Positions 50,102 through 62,228 of a stretch of 64,000 nucleotides of DNA are shown here, one piece after another (position 1 is the stretch's first letter; each line of letters opens with the position of its first letter). The translations under genes and the position numbers were made by a program. Source of the DNA: Haliotis cracherodii (taxonomy: Eukaryota); assembly GCF_022045235.1 (NCBI RefSeq), contig NW_027266272.1, positions 13,268,001-13,332,000 of the forward strand, in the 5' to 3' direction. The notes below the pieces were generated by a model that searched no databases, was not told the origin of the DNA, and saw only the letters and a program-made list of their open reading frames with translations.

Positions 50102-51545
50102 GGAGTCAAACTCAAGTCTAGAATGATCTGGCAAGTCTAGATTGCCTCAGCCGTAGGAAGACTTATTCTGGGCTCCATTTGGATTATTTTTTTAATTTTT
50201 GTAGAAACATATTTTTAAATAAGATAACTTTATTTCTGGAACTAAATATCTGTCTATGGTTAAGATTACAACCTGTGTCATCTGGCTGGTGGAAAATTGC
50301 TGACTGCAGTGTAAAACAATATCAACACCAACTTCCTTACAATGACAGGGAAGTCACAGTTTGGCTGAACAATAAAAACATACACAAATTGTTTTTTCTC
50401 TCATTTATTCAGTTAGAAAAATATAGCGTCAAAATCAGAGTGTTCATAATGCACAGTGCATATCACATTCAATACCATCCTATATATAGCAACCATCATC
50501 ATCAATATGTTAAAAATAAACATTGATACAGATTTCACATACATCTGAGTTAAAAATGTGGATGATTGGAGTGGAAAGGATACTTCTTTTGATGAAAAAT
50601 TCAGCTTATGTAATAAGGGAATTAAAAATACTGTAAACAAGCTTACAACATGTAGGTGTGACTAGATTATCTAAACAGTTGTATACTTACACCGAAACAG
50701 CCTTATGGATGGTGTTATTAACTGCCGGTGTCAGCAGGTGTAATGACTCGTTTTGTTTGTTTGTTGTTTAATGCAGCACTCAGCACTATTCCAGCAATAT
50801 GACAGCGCCTGTAAATAATCGAATCTGGACCAGACAATCCAGTGATTTATGTCATGAATCTATACTGAAATGTCGCCTTTACAGTGCATGAAGACGTTGG
50901 AATCCACACATCATCTCCACATACACTGTAGCGGTTCCCAGTAGTGAATTGATTGCATACGATTATCTGTCCTCGACTGCTGCCACATTAATCACAGATT
51001 TCTTTGACCAACAGAGACTGTCAAGCATTCACAGCTCACTGGACGGCCAGCACCCCCTCCACCCCTGCTGTTGATAATGACTCATGGTTAATGCCGATCC
51101 ACAGGTCCAGTTGTCAGGTTTGTTTAGCATCTTCCCATGATCATAAAAAGAGATGGTGTTTATTTTCAAACTGTTTGTGCTGGGATGTCATGGTAAGGAA
51201 CATGTACACCCTATTCTAGACATGGTTAACGCCATATACTGGACTCTTCCAAGTCTGTCTGGCATGTAAGATTTCTCTGAGAATGTTTTAAACATAAAGT
51301 GTAGTTACATCTCCCTCCTTGCAGCTGTCTGTGTGGTCAGACTTTTGAGAAACCCTGTGTGGCATTAAAATGGAGATTCTTTGAATCAGATAGATACAGC
51401 CTTCAAAATTCATGCTTGTCCACTAGCCCGAGACCACTAAATTGTCCTGAGGACAAGTAAAAATCCAATGATGGCAGTCCTCACTTACTACCATAGACGC
51501 ATTTGACCAGTTCTCAATGCTTCAATTTGCTACAGAGGGAACTTT

Positions 51546-51836
51546 GAGTGAGTGAGTGAGTGAGTGAGTTGTGTTTAATGCCGCTTTTAACAGTATTCCA
51601 GTTATATCGCCGCGCGTCAGCTTAATGTGGGAGGAAAGCCCGAAGTGATGCAGGTCTCAGACGTTTACCACTTTGCTGAAACCCACGAGCACCAGTATGG
51701 TGCTGACAAACCTAGAAATATAATTGGGGCGAACCGGGATTCAAACCTACAATCATAGGTTTTTGGCATGCCCAAGGGACGCAACTCTGCACAGCAAATT
51801 GTGGTGCCTTAGACGACTGGGCCACCCGTGCACCCC
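51546..51836 (-). mobile_element. SINE family 3 nested in a TIR element (about 51396-51963)
   Basis: Consensus match; outer imperfect inverted repeats tacagccttcaaaattcat / atgaatttctacggctgta. Confidence 0.85.
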
Positions 51837-52183
51837 CGTCTTGAACTGAATAAATGTTTTGTGTCTGACTCAAGCAGGACTAGTTACAAACACAGAGGAC
51901 TAGTGAAATAAGGCTTACATAGTCATCTGGAACATGAAAACAAAATGAATTTCTACGGCTGTAGATAAGGTGAATGAGGCGAGCAGTGGTGTTTATAAGT
52001 GCATGGCATGATAGAAAAGATTAAACAGAATTGCACAAGTCGAACCATATACTTGTTCTGTGTAAATAGTAGATCAAAGGTAAGACACCTAAAACTCTTT
52101 TACATAAAATCAAATCAATGACATGATTTATGAAATGAACATATCTAAAATCCTTTTGTAAACCTTCTGAGCACAATTAGGTA

Positions 52184-52721
52184 CATCTTCCCCAGGCAAG
52201 GGAGTTAACTGACTATGAAAGTCCAGTTTCCACCCTTGCCGTACTAGGCTGTATGTATGGATGTTTATTTGGGCTGGAATTATGAGTCAGATGAGTCAAT
52301 TATGCATAGACCAATCAAAATCGCCTACCAAATCAACGTCAGGTTTGTAACTGTGGTGCAGGTTTTGGTGGATTGCTGTATTTGCAAAGCATCTGTATGG
52401 TCAACTCTGCATCAACAGATATTTTCCTGATAATTTTATGTTTTTAATCAAGGTGCTGAAGAGATTTGATGCACTTCGCAAGGTAGGACACATTTTATTA
52501 CAATATAGATCTTAATCATTGGTCAGATCTTTTTGCTGGAAGCAAATGCAAGTGATATGAGAGGTGGAATCTGATTGGTCATAGGAGGGACACAGAAGGG
52601 ACATCACTCATACTAGCCAATGGTGATGGTGGTACTAGCGAGCCCAGTAATTCCAGCCTAGTCCGGCAAGGGTGGAAACTGAACTTTTATAGTCAGTTAA
52701 CTCCCTTGCTTCGGGAAGATG
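52184..52721. mobile_element. MITE with about 68-bp TIRs downstream of the TMEM19 stop
   Basis: catcttccc...ctaggctg / cagcctag...gggaagatg; 9-bp TSD aattaggt(a/g). Confidence 0.88.
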
Positions 52722-52845
52722 AATTAGGTGTACCAAGATGTATATTGCGATCATGTGACTTTCAAGGTCAATCTTAGGTCACATATTCAGAAAGATCCTA
52801 ATCGCTTTTGTTTCAATGATTGCTGTTGGGTGATGATATATCACG

Positions 52846-55800
52846 TCATGTGACATGCAGCCACAGTTGCCAGGCAATGTAAGGGGAGATAATTCCCGTG
52901 AGGAGTGAAGAAAGGAGGTTGACGCCATGGTTGTCGAGGACTGCGTAGCCGCTAATGTGTTCCACATGGGGCCCCGGGTGTTCCACGATACAAGCACGCC
53001 GCCGGTCGTACCCTGGGGGAGTAAGAGTACAATATAGCTCTGTTTACTTCTACATGTATATAATGTTACACCGCATGTGTATAATCAGGAAACAAGTATA
53101 GCCTGATCAATCATGCAATATTTAGAATTCGTCACATTTTCAGAGCTTGTTCATGCGATTTTATTTGTTTGTTTTTCAACCCAGCAATATTCCATCCATA
53201 TGACTGTGGCCTGTAAACAATCAAATCTGGACCAGACAATCCTGTAGGGCTGAAACAATTCACCGAAACCTACAATATCATTGATACTTAGGTACACACG
53301 ATACTTGATTCTTCAGTTTGTAACATAGGGATACACTATAAATAGAACAGAAACCAAAAGAGTTACCTCCCATAATGGCAGAAGTAGCATGGAGCCACAG
53401 TAAGCATGTCAGATTAAGGGAACGTGGTGGCTGAGGATGCGCCAACTAACTGATACATTCAGTAACCATCTCTTCATTTAAAACTGTTTTAAATTTGTTC
53501 TTGTGGTGTTCTTTGTTAAAGTTTTTTACAATCCAGTGATTGACATTATGAGCAATCATCCACGCCATCACCGAGTCTGATCACCCGATCCACTAAGTTG
53601 CCTAATACTACTGGCATAGAACCCGGGATTATGAACAAAGAAAGGTTAACTGGGAGAATACACATAGTCCCTGAAACAAGGTCCCTGAAACATGGTCCCT
53701 GACACATGGTCCCCGAAACATGATCCCCAAAACATGGTCCCCGAAACACGATCCCTGAAACACAGTCCGTGAAACATGGTCCCTGAAACAGGTTCCCTGA
53801 AACAGGGTCCCTAAAACATGGTCCCTGAAACATGATCCCTAAAACATGGTCCCTGAAACAGGGTTACTAAAACAGGGTCCCTGAAACATGATCCCTGAAA
53901 CAGGGTCCCTGACACAGGGTCCCTGACACAGGGTCCCTGAAACATGATCCCTAAAACATGGTCCCTGAAACGTGATCCCTAAAACATGGTCCCTGAAACA
54001 GGGTCACTAAAACATGGTCCCTGAAACAGGGTCACTAAAACATGGTCCCTGAAACATAGTCTTATTATGGGCATAGAGTGGCGATACATCTGTACATGTT
54101 TTGGACTGATTCATGTTAGGCATCTCATAATTCCTGATGATATTTTTCTTCTCCCAACATCCCCGGACCCCAGGTATTGATATTTTACCTGAGAACTGAA
54201 GCAGAGCACCCAGGTAGGAGTCTATGATGGACCCCACGAAGCCTGCGGAGGTGGCGAGGAGGAGGATGGGCCACTGGGGGGGACTGTCACTCAAGGACAG
54301 CTCGGTAGTACACAGCAGCAAGGCCACATAGTAGGCTGCTCCAACAATAAACCCTCCGAAAATGCTGCTCACGGTTCCAGTAAATGTCACACCGCCATTA
54401 GTGCCTGCAACACAAATCAATATAACAAACATCACAAGGACTGATAGTGTAAATCATGAAATTAATTAAGGAAAAGATTTAAGGAAAAGATATATGGATG
54501 AACATCTTCCTTATTACAATTAGGAGCGATGTTTCAGTGTAGGTTCTAACACTGTTATAGATCAAGTATACTTATTACAATTAGGAGCGATGTTTCAGTG
54601 TAGGTTCTAACACTGTTATAGATCAGGTATACTTGTTAGAACCAACACTGAACATCACTCTTCATTGTAATAAAGAAGTTGTTCATCCATATGTCTTAAC
54701 CTTACCTAGTATTGAAACTTCTAAATGTCTCTCAAAGAAATTACATCAAATTACTGCTTTCATTAAAAAAGTAAAGCATTATTATCATGATTATCCGGAC
54801 ATATTGCTGTTTGTTGTCAAGTTAGGTTCAGTGGACATGCCGGACATAATTGCATAAACAACAAGGCTCCAAGTAAACAAAGCAGTTGAGTTCTGGACTT
54901 AGTGCTTCTCACCAAGCATTGTGTCAGGTGTGGTTAGTTCAACACAAGTTCATGCAGCAGTTATGTCAGTTTAACACAAGTTGATGAGGTAGTTATGTCA
55001 GTTTAACACAAGTTGATGAGGTAGTTATGTCAGTTTAACACAAGTTAATGAGGCAGTTATGTCAGTTTAACACAAGTTCATGAGGCAGTTATGTCAGTTT
55101 AACACAAGTTGATGAGGTAGTAATGTCAGTTTAACACATGTTAATGAGGCAGTTATGTCAGTTTAACACAAGTTAATGAGGCAATAATTCAGTTTAACAC
55201 AATTTGATGAGGCAGTTATGTCAGTTTAACACAAGTTGATGAGGCAGTTATGTTAGTTTAACACAAGTTGATGAGGCAGTTATGTCAGTTTAACACAAGT
55301 TGATGAGGTACTTATGTCAGTTTACCACAAGTTGATGAGGCAGTTATGTCAGTTTAACACATGTTAATGAGGCAGTTATGTCAGTTTAACACACAGTTCA
55401 TGGGGCAGTTATGTCAGTTTAACACAAGTTAAGGAGGCAGTTATGTCAGTTCAACACAAGTTGATGAGGCAGTTATGTCAGTTTAACACAAGTTAATGAG
55501 GCAGTTATGTCTATTCCAACACAAGTTGATGAGGCAGTTATGTCTGTTCCAACACAAGTTGATGAGGCAGTTATGTCGGTTGCAAAACATATAGGACAGT
55601 ATCTTGGTCCTTGGCAACCATATCAGATAATCTCAAATTACAAGGAAAACACTGTTCACCATGTCACCCAGGTGAATCGATCACCATGCTCAAGTACATG
55701 ACAACACTTGGACCCATGCACAATCATTTGTTTGTTGACCTGACTTATCTCATTTGATTAAACAGCTTACTTTGAATTTCCTATTCTTGATGTTTCTCAA

Positions 55801-58800
55801 GTTAGATCACACTTGGAGATATCACTTCAGCGGCAAAAGGCATTCAGTATTATTCTTTGTTTGTTTGTTTGTTGTTTAACATCATACTCGACAATATTCC
55901 AGCTACAAGATTGGGGTCTGTACATAATCAAGTCTGGACCAAACAATCTAGTGATTGATATCATGAGCATCCATCCGCACAATAGGGATAGGAGGTCATG
56001 CATCAACCACGAGACTGACCACCAGATCCCGTTAGTTGCCATTTATGACATGCATAGTAACCTCTTACGGCACGCATGGATCTTCACGGTTACAGTATTA
56101 TTCTATCGAATTGCTATGACCCTTTACGTTATCATGGAATTCTAAGTCTACAGTCTTAAAGTTGTCCTTCGCTGAATACGGTACCCAAACTATCAAAAAG
56201 CAGCTTAATTTTGAAACACTCTGCAAGACTGAAAATCTGAAATCACAATGGACACATGTCTTCTAAAGCCTCCTGTAACCATGGAAACCATATGTCCTTA
56301 CCACTTACCTCTTGGCACCCTCTGGAAGTTGGTCACAAGCCATGGTTTTGAATGACCAAACACTGTTCCGACCTCAGAAGCAAATGTGTCCCCACAGCAA
56401 CAAGCCAGCGATCCTAGTACACTGGCAGCCCACCACGTCGAGGAGTACCTTCTAGAGAAGTCAAACGTCTTCTCCGCACAGCCAACCTCGAGCAGGTACA
56501 GGATAGCAAACACTGAGGCTACACCACCGTTACACATAACCTGCAGCCAGTTCCGCTGACCACCTGTAACACATGACACATGTCTCAACACAGGACACTT
56601 ATCTCAAAAAAGGGACATATGTCTCAACACAGGACACTTATCTCAAAACAGAACATATGTCTCTACACAGGACACTTGTCTCAATGTCTCAACACAGGAC
56701 ACTTGTCTCAATGTCTCAACACAGAACACTTGTCTCAATGTCTCAACACAGGACACTTATCTCAATACAAGACACTTGTCTCAACACAGGACACTTATCT
56801 CAACACAGGACACTTATCTCAACACAGGACACTTGCCTCAACACAGGACACTTATCTCAATACAGGACACTTATCTCAATACAGGACATATGTCTCAATA
56901 CAGGACACTTATCTTAAGACAGGACACTTATCTCAACACAGGACATATGTCTCAATACAGGACACTTATCTTAAGACAAGACACTTATCTAAACACAGGA
57001 CACTTGCCTCAACACAGGACACTGGTCTCAATGTCTCAATACAGGACACTTATCTCAAGACAGGACATTATCTCAAGACAGGACACTTGTCTCAACACAG
57101 AACATATGTCTCAACACAGGACACTTATCTCAAAACAGAACATATGTCTCAACACAGGACACTTGTCTCAGTGTCTCAACACAGGACACTTGTCTCAATG
57201 TCTTAACACAGGACACTTGTCTCAATGTTTCAACACTTGTCTCAATACAGGACACTTGTCTCAATGTCTTAACACAGGACACTTGCCTCAATGTCTCAAT
57301 ACAGGACACTTGTCTCAATGTCTCAACACAGGACACCTGTCTCAATGTCTTAACACAGGACACTTGTCTCAATGTCTCAATACAGGACACTTGTCTCAAT
57401 GTCTCAACACAGGACACTTGTCTCAATGTCTCAACACAGGACACTTGTCTCAATGTCTCAATACAGTACACTTGTCTCAATGTCTCAACACAGGACACTT
57501 GTCTCAATGTCTTAACACAGGACACTTGTCTCAATGTCTCAACACTTGTCTCAATACAGGACACTTGTCTCAATGTCTTAACACAGGACACTTGCCTCAA
57601 TGTCTCAATACAGGACACTTGTCTCAATGTCTCAACACAGGACACTTGTCTCAATGTCTTAACACAGGACACTTGTCTCAATGTCTCAACACAGGACACT
57701 TGTCTCAATGTCTCAACACAGGACACTTGTCTCAATGTCTCAACACTTGTCTCAATACAGGACACTTGTCTCAATGTCTTAACACAGGACACTTGTCTCA
57801 ATGTCTCAACACAGGACACTTGTCTCAATGTCTCAATACAGTACACTTGTCTCAATGTCTCAACACAGGACACTTGTCTCAATGTCTTAACACAGGACAC
57901 TTGTCTCAATGTCTCAACACTTGTCTCAATACAGGACACTTGTCTCAATGTCTTAACACAGGACACTTGCCTCAATGTCTCAATACAGGACACTTGTCTC
58001 AATGTCTCAACACAGGACACTTGTCTCAATGTCTTAACACAGGACACTTGTCTCAATGTCTCAACACAGGACACTTGTCTCAATGTCTCAACACAGGACA
58101 CTTGTCTCAATGTCTCAACACTTGTCTCAATACAGGACACTTGTCTCAATGTCTTAACACAGGACACTTGCCTCAATGTCTCAATACAGGACACTTGTCT
58201 CAATGTCTCAACACAGGACACTTGTCTCAATGTCTTAACACAGGACACTTGTCTCAATGTCTCAATACAGGACACTTGTCTCAATGTCTCAACACAGGAC
58301 ACTTGTCTCAATGTCTCAACACAGGACACTTGTCTCAATGTCTCAATACAGTACACTTGTCTCAATGTCTCAACACAGGACACTTGTCTCAATGTCTTAA
58401 CACAGGACACTTGTCTCAATGTCTCAACACTTGTCTCAATACAGGACACTTGTCTCAATGTCTTAACACAGGACACTTGCCTCAATGTCTCAATACAGGA
58501 CACTTGTCTCAATGTCTCAACACAGGACACTTGTCTCAATGTCTTAACACAGGACACTTGTCTCAATGTCTCAATACAGGACACTTGTCTCAATGTCTCA
58601 ACACAGGACACATGTCTCAATGTCTCAACACAGGACACTTGTCTCAATGTCTCCATACAGGACACTTGTCTCAATGTCTCAACACAGGACACTTGTCTCA
58701 ATGTCTCAACACAGGACACATGTCTCAATGTCTCAACACAGGACACTTGTCTCAACACAGGACACTTGTCTCAATGACACAACACAGGACACTTGTCTCA

Positions 58801-60060
58801 ATGACTCAACACAGGACACTTGTCTCAATGACTCAACACAGAACACTTGTCTCAACACAGTACACTTGTCTCAATGACTCAACACAGGACACTTGTCTCA
58901 ATGTCTCAACACAGTACACTTGTCTCAATGTCTCATACACGTCATACCTTCCTTGTAATCTTCCTCAAATTTCTTTTTCTGGTGAGCTCGGAGTTTGGTA
59001 ACCTTTGACCCTGCCAGGAAGAAAACCAGCAGGGCAGAGAAGAAACACAGACTGCTGAGTGTCAGGATGAATCCAACTAACAACCCTGGAATTACAGAGG
59101 TTACCAGGGTAACAGGTAACCAAACATGGAATACATTGAGGGGTAGCTGAAAAGTTCCGAGTCAAACTATGATGGACAGCTTTGATGGCGTTGGTTGCTG
59201 AATATTTTTCAACATAATCCCCTCCAAGGTCCACACACTTTTGCCACAGATGCTGGAATGTCTTCCCAGTTAGGCGCAAAACTTTTCAGCCCCCCTCGTA
59301 TTAATTTCTTTAAAATGATTCTATAGACTAAGGCTAAAAAAAATAATAGTCTTGGTTCTCAGGTACCGCCCGCATCATCATAGAGAGTGACACGTTTTGG
59401 TTTTTTTTCTATGTAAAAAACTCCAAAACAACAAAATCCTTAAATATTCCAAGTCAAACGGTAGTCAAATACCGTATTCCAGTATTTTACTCATCAACGA
59501 ATACATTCTTGTAGGGAGGCCCTTTCCCAAATTGATTGTACACAACTGTTTATTTGGTTACATATTAGTTTGAACAATCCCTCACAAAAAAAAACACACC
59601 GTCCCCCCACACTATATTTTCAAAAGCCATTGCCTGAGAACCAGTTCTTTTACTTTTTGAAGCCTAATGTTGCAGTCTTTAAACATTTGTGTGTTCCAAG
59701 AAAGGGACAGTACCTGCCACAGCACCGGACACATCCAGGCTCCTCTTCCTCAGCCCATACAGTGCAATGAGAACCGGAGCAATGGCTGCCACTAACCACC
59801 TCCAGGGGGCTGGGGCCGCATAGTCTGTAACCATGGTAACAGTTAGGTAGCAGGGACCACTAAGGGGTGAGGGGGAGTACTTGGGACCATTTCACTTTTA
59901 CATTCTACATTTAAAGGTTTCAACCATAATACATTGCTCTACAGAGTCAAATATGGAACAATACCAGCAAATAGGATTTCATAAGTGCTGTGCAAGATTT
60001 CATAGTTTATTCAAAAACATTTCATTTGAAGACTTATTTTTTTTCTTTTGATAATTTGTA

Positions 60061-60104
<44 letters not shown>

Positions 60105-61914
60105 CATTACTGTTGGTGTTGTTTCTTTTGATAATTTGTACATATTATTATTAATATTATTATTAATATTATTGTTGTTGTTATCATTGTTGCTGTTGTT
60201 GTTATTGTTATTATTGTTGTTATTATTATTAACAACTTTTAGAAAATTAATTAAATGGAAGCCACAAAAACCATGATGAGTTCTTTGAATTTTTTTTTGA
60301 AAGTTAGCAAGTCATGTACATGTACTTTACACACAGCTTATCTTTATTCATGAATCAACAGTCCCAGTCCCAGGTGGCCCAGTCGTCTAAGGCACAGCGA
60401 TTCGCTGTGCAGAGTTGCGTCCCTTGGGCGTCCCAGAAACCTATGATAGTGGGTTCGAGTCCTGGTTGCCCCGGTTATGTTTCTAGGTTTGTCGGCACCA
60501 TACCCGTGCTCGTGGGTTTCACCAAAGTGGTAAACATCTGAGGCCTGCATTACTTCGGGCTTTCCTCCCACATTAAGCTGACATGCCGCGCTATAACTGT
60601 AATACTGTTAAAAGTGGTGTGAAACCCAACTCACTCACTCACTCTTGAATCAACACCTGCCTCTTTACATACAGACAGCCTAAGATATGATACCTTGTGT
60701 TAATCATGGTAATAGAGTCCTAGAACCGTCAGTTGGTTAAGTGTATAGTAACAGTACACTGGACAGGCAAATTTAGGCTGAAGGGGTCATTGTCGGCACA
60801 AGTACTACAGATATTGACCCCAGGTATGTTTTCTACACATACAGAAATGCACGATCTCCAAAATCAGAATGTCATATATTTCAAATGATGATGCACCACA
60901 AGCTAAGCGAATCGGCAATTTCCCATTGCACTGAGTAAGTACATAAGTTGATGTAAGCTCATGTTTAGCACGTTTAAACATGTCTCCCCACTGTGCACTC
61001 CCCTTCCGGACCTTGTCTGCTTGTAAGAGATAGTAAAGCGGATGAACCAGTGTTTAGAGATTTGGAATGAATTTCCCATAATACTGTTTGTTTGTTTGCT
61101 TAACGCTGCACCCAGCAATACTCCAGGTATATGACGGCGGTCCGTAAATAATCAAGTCTGGACCAGACAGTAGAGTGATTGACATCACGAGCATCGATTT
61201 TTGCAAATTGGATCAACCAAGTCAGCGAGCCTGACCACCCGATCCCGTTAGTCGCCTCTTATGACAAACATGGGTTGCCGAAGACCTATTTTAACCTGGA
61301 TCATCACAGGTCACAGAAAACTGCGAACATCAGTGACTGGCAGTGGTGTTGGTGCGTAATGAATGGTGTCTACTTTACAAATACTACATGGAACATGGCA
61401 GATTTTGTTCAGTTCCTAGAACGAAACTGTCATCCTGTTGTATGAGATGCATTCCAGTGTACAATATACAAAAAACATCATACACAGTGATTACATGACA
61501 TACTTTGATATGCTGCGATGCACATCATTACATCCTGTATGCACTCGTAATCTGGCGAACCGACACTCAGGCGTACTCGTGCCGACAACGACTCCTTAAG
61601 CCAACTTTAGGTATTGTTTGAATGCGTCTTCTGTCCTTTCTGTTATATTGTGTAGTTGGAAATGGATGAGCACATTTTCGAATGGTTCAGTACGTCTGTG
61701 TACATTACAACTATAAATTAAAACGAGCGTTAGTTCTGCATGAACTATACCTAGGCCCAGCTGAGGCCTACGGGGTGACATGGCATGAACTCCGATTGAA
61801 CTCGATAAATAACAAAATCAACCAACCTCTGTTGATTGTCTGATAAAACAGACTGATTAACCAAAACATTAGGCTAGCGGGAATAACAACAGCCAGTGAT
61901 AACGACAGGAACAT
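52846..61914 (-). CDS. TMEM19: transmembrane protein 19 (DUF92 family), 6 coding exons, about 324 aa
   Basis: Exons 61827-61914, 59714-59824, 58948-59085, 56309-56563, 54189-54404, 52846-53012; all introns phase 1 and GT-AG; total 975 nt. Motifs PWRWL, GLRKRSLD.SGA, YKEGGQRNWLQVMCNGG, CCCGDTFASEVG, VPRGTNGGVT, GSIIDSYLGA.LQFSG, LDNHGVNLLSS. Confidence 0.93.
53665..54057. repeat. 14-bp minisatellite (gtccctgaaacatg) in TMEM19 intron 5
   Basis: About 28 copies. Confidence 0.95.
54492..54692. mobile_element. Penelope-like terminal-repeat remnant (two direct copies plus one inverted copy)
   Basis: Direct duplication of about 62 bp followed by its reverse complement ending aataaagaagttgttcatccatat, the same tail as at 4665; degenerate hammerhead-like core. 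Confidence 0.55.
54935..55580. repeat. 32-bp minisatellite in TMEM19 intron 4
   Basis: gcagttatgtcagtttaacacaagttgatgag, about 20 copies. Confidence 0.95.
55856..56090 (-). mobile_element. SINE family 2, diverged
   Basis: Reverse-complement match in a TMEM19 intron. Confidence 0.75.
56575..58935. repeat. 19/27-bp satellite filling TMEM19 intron 3
   Basis: gtctcaacacaggacactt(gtctcaat) with higher-order structure. Confidence 0.98.
59137..59298 (-). mobile_element. mariner-derived MITE in TMEM19 intron 2
   Basis: TIR gaggg..gctgaaaagtt; encodes transposase C-terminus WQKCVDLGGDYVEK. Confidence 0.85.
60059..60232. repeat. (ATT)n/(GTT)n microsatellite
   Basis: Direct reading. Confidence 0.9.
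60372..60645 (+). mobile_element. SINE family 3
   Basis: Consensus match in TMEM19 intron 1. Confidence 0.88.
61085..61312 (-). mobile_element. SINE family 2
   Basis: Reverse-complement match in TMEM19 intron 1. Confidence 0.85.
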
Positions 61915-61939
61915 GACATTATACTTCTCAAGTCAACCA

Positions 61940-62228
61940 TCAACAACATAAGTCAGCCATCTTTACAAGGTCATAGGTCAAGCCCTATATAACCAAAATA
62001 AAGTTATATAGACACAATTAAACTATTAAAACACATCTTTTTAAAAAAAGAATATCAAAGATCATACTTAATTATATAAAATTATTTGGTTAATTTCTGT
62101 AAAACAAAGCTTGAACTAAATATGTATGCTGCAAGCGAAATGGAGGAGTCACATGACGATCTATTTTTAGCAAGTCATGTGATTAGTGTCACATGAATGC
62201 TGGAGGATACAAGCTGAACAGCAGCAAG
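61940..62228. promoter_or_regulatory. putative bidirectional promoter, plus candidate first exon (about 62193-62228, +) of a divergent gene
   Basis: YY1-like AAGATGGCTG on - at 61954-61963; three TCACATGA/TCATGTGA E-boxes at 62148, 62174 and 62188; strong donor AAG|GTAAGG at 62228/62229. Confidence 0.45.

Noticed and set aside
38478-58935. CRISPR-like appearance of the tandem arrays
   Set aside because: Units abut with no unique spacers, there are no cas genes, and the context is eukaryotic
56776-59001. 741-aa and 542-aa repetitive Cys/His-rich ORFs
   Set aside because: They are translations of a 27-bp satellite open on both strands, lying within TMEM19 intron 3, with no unique domain
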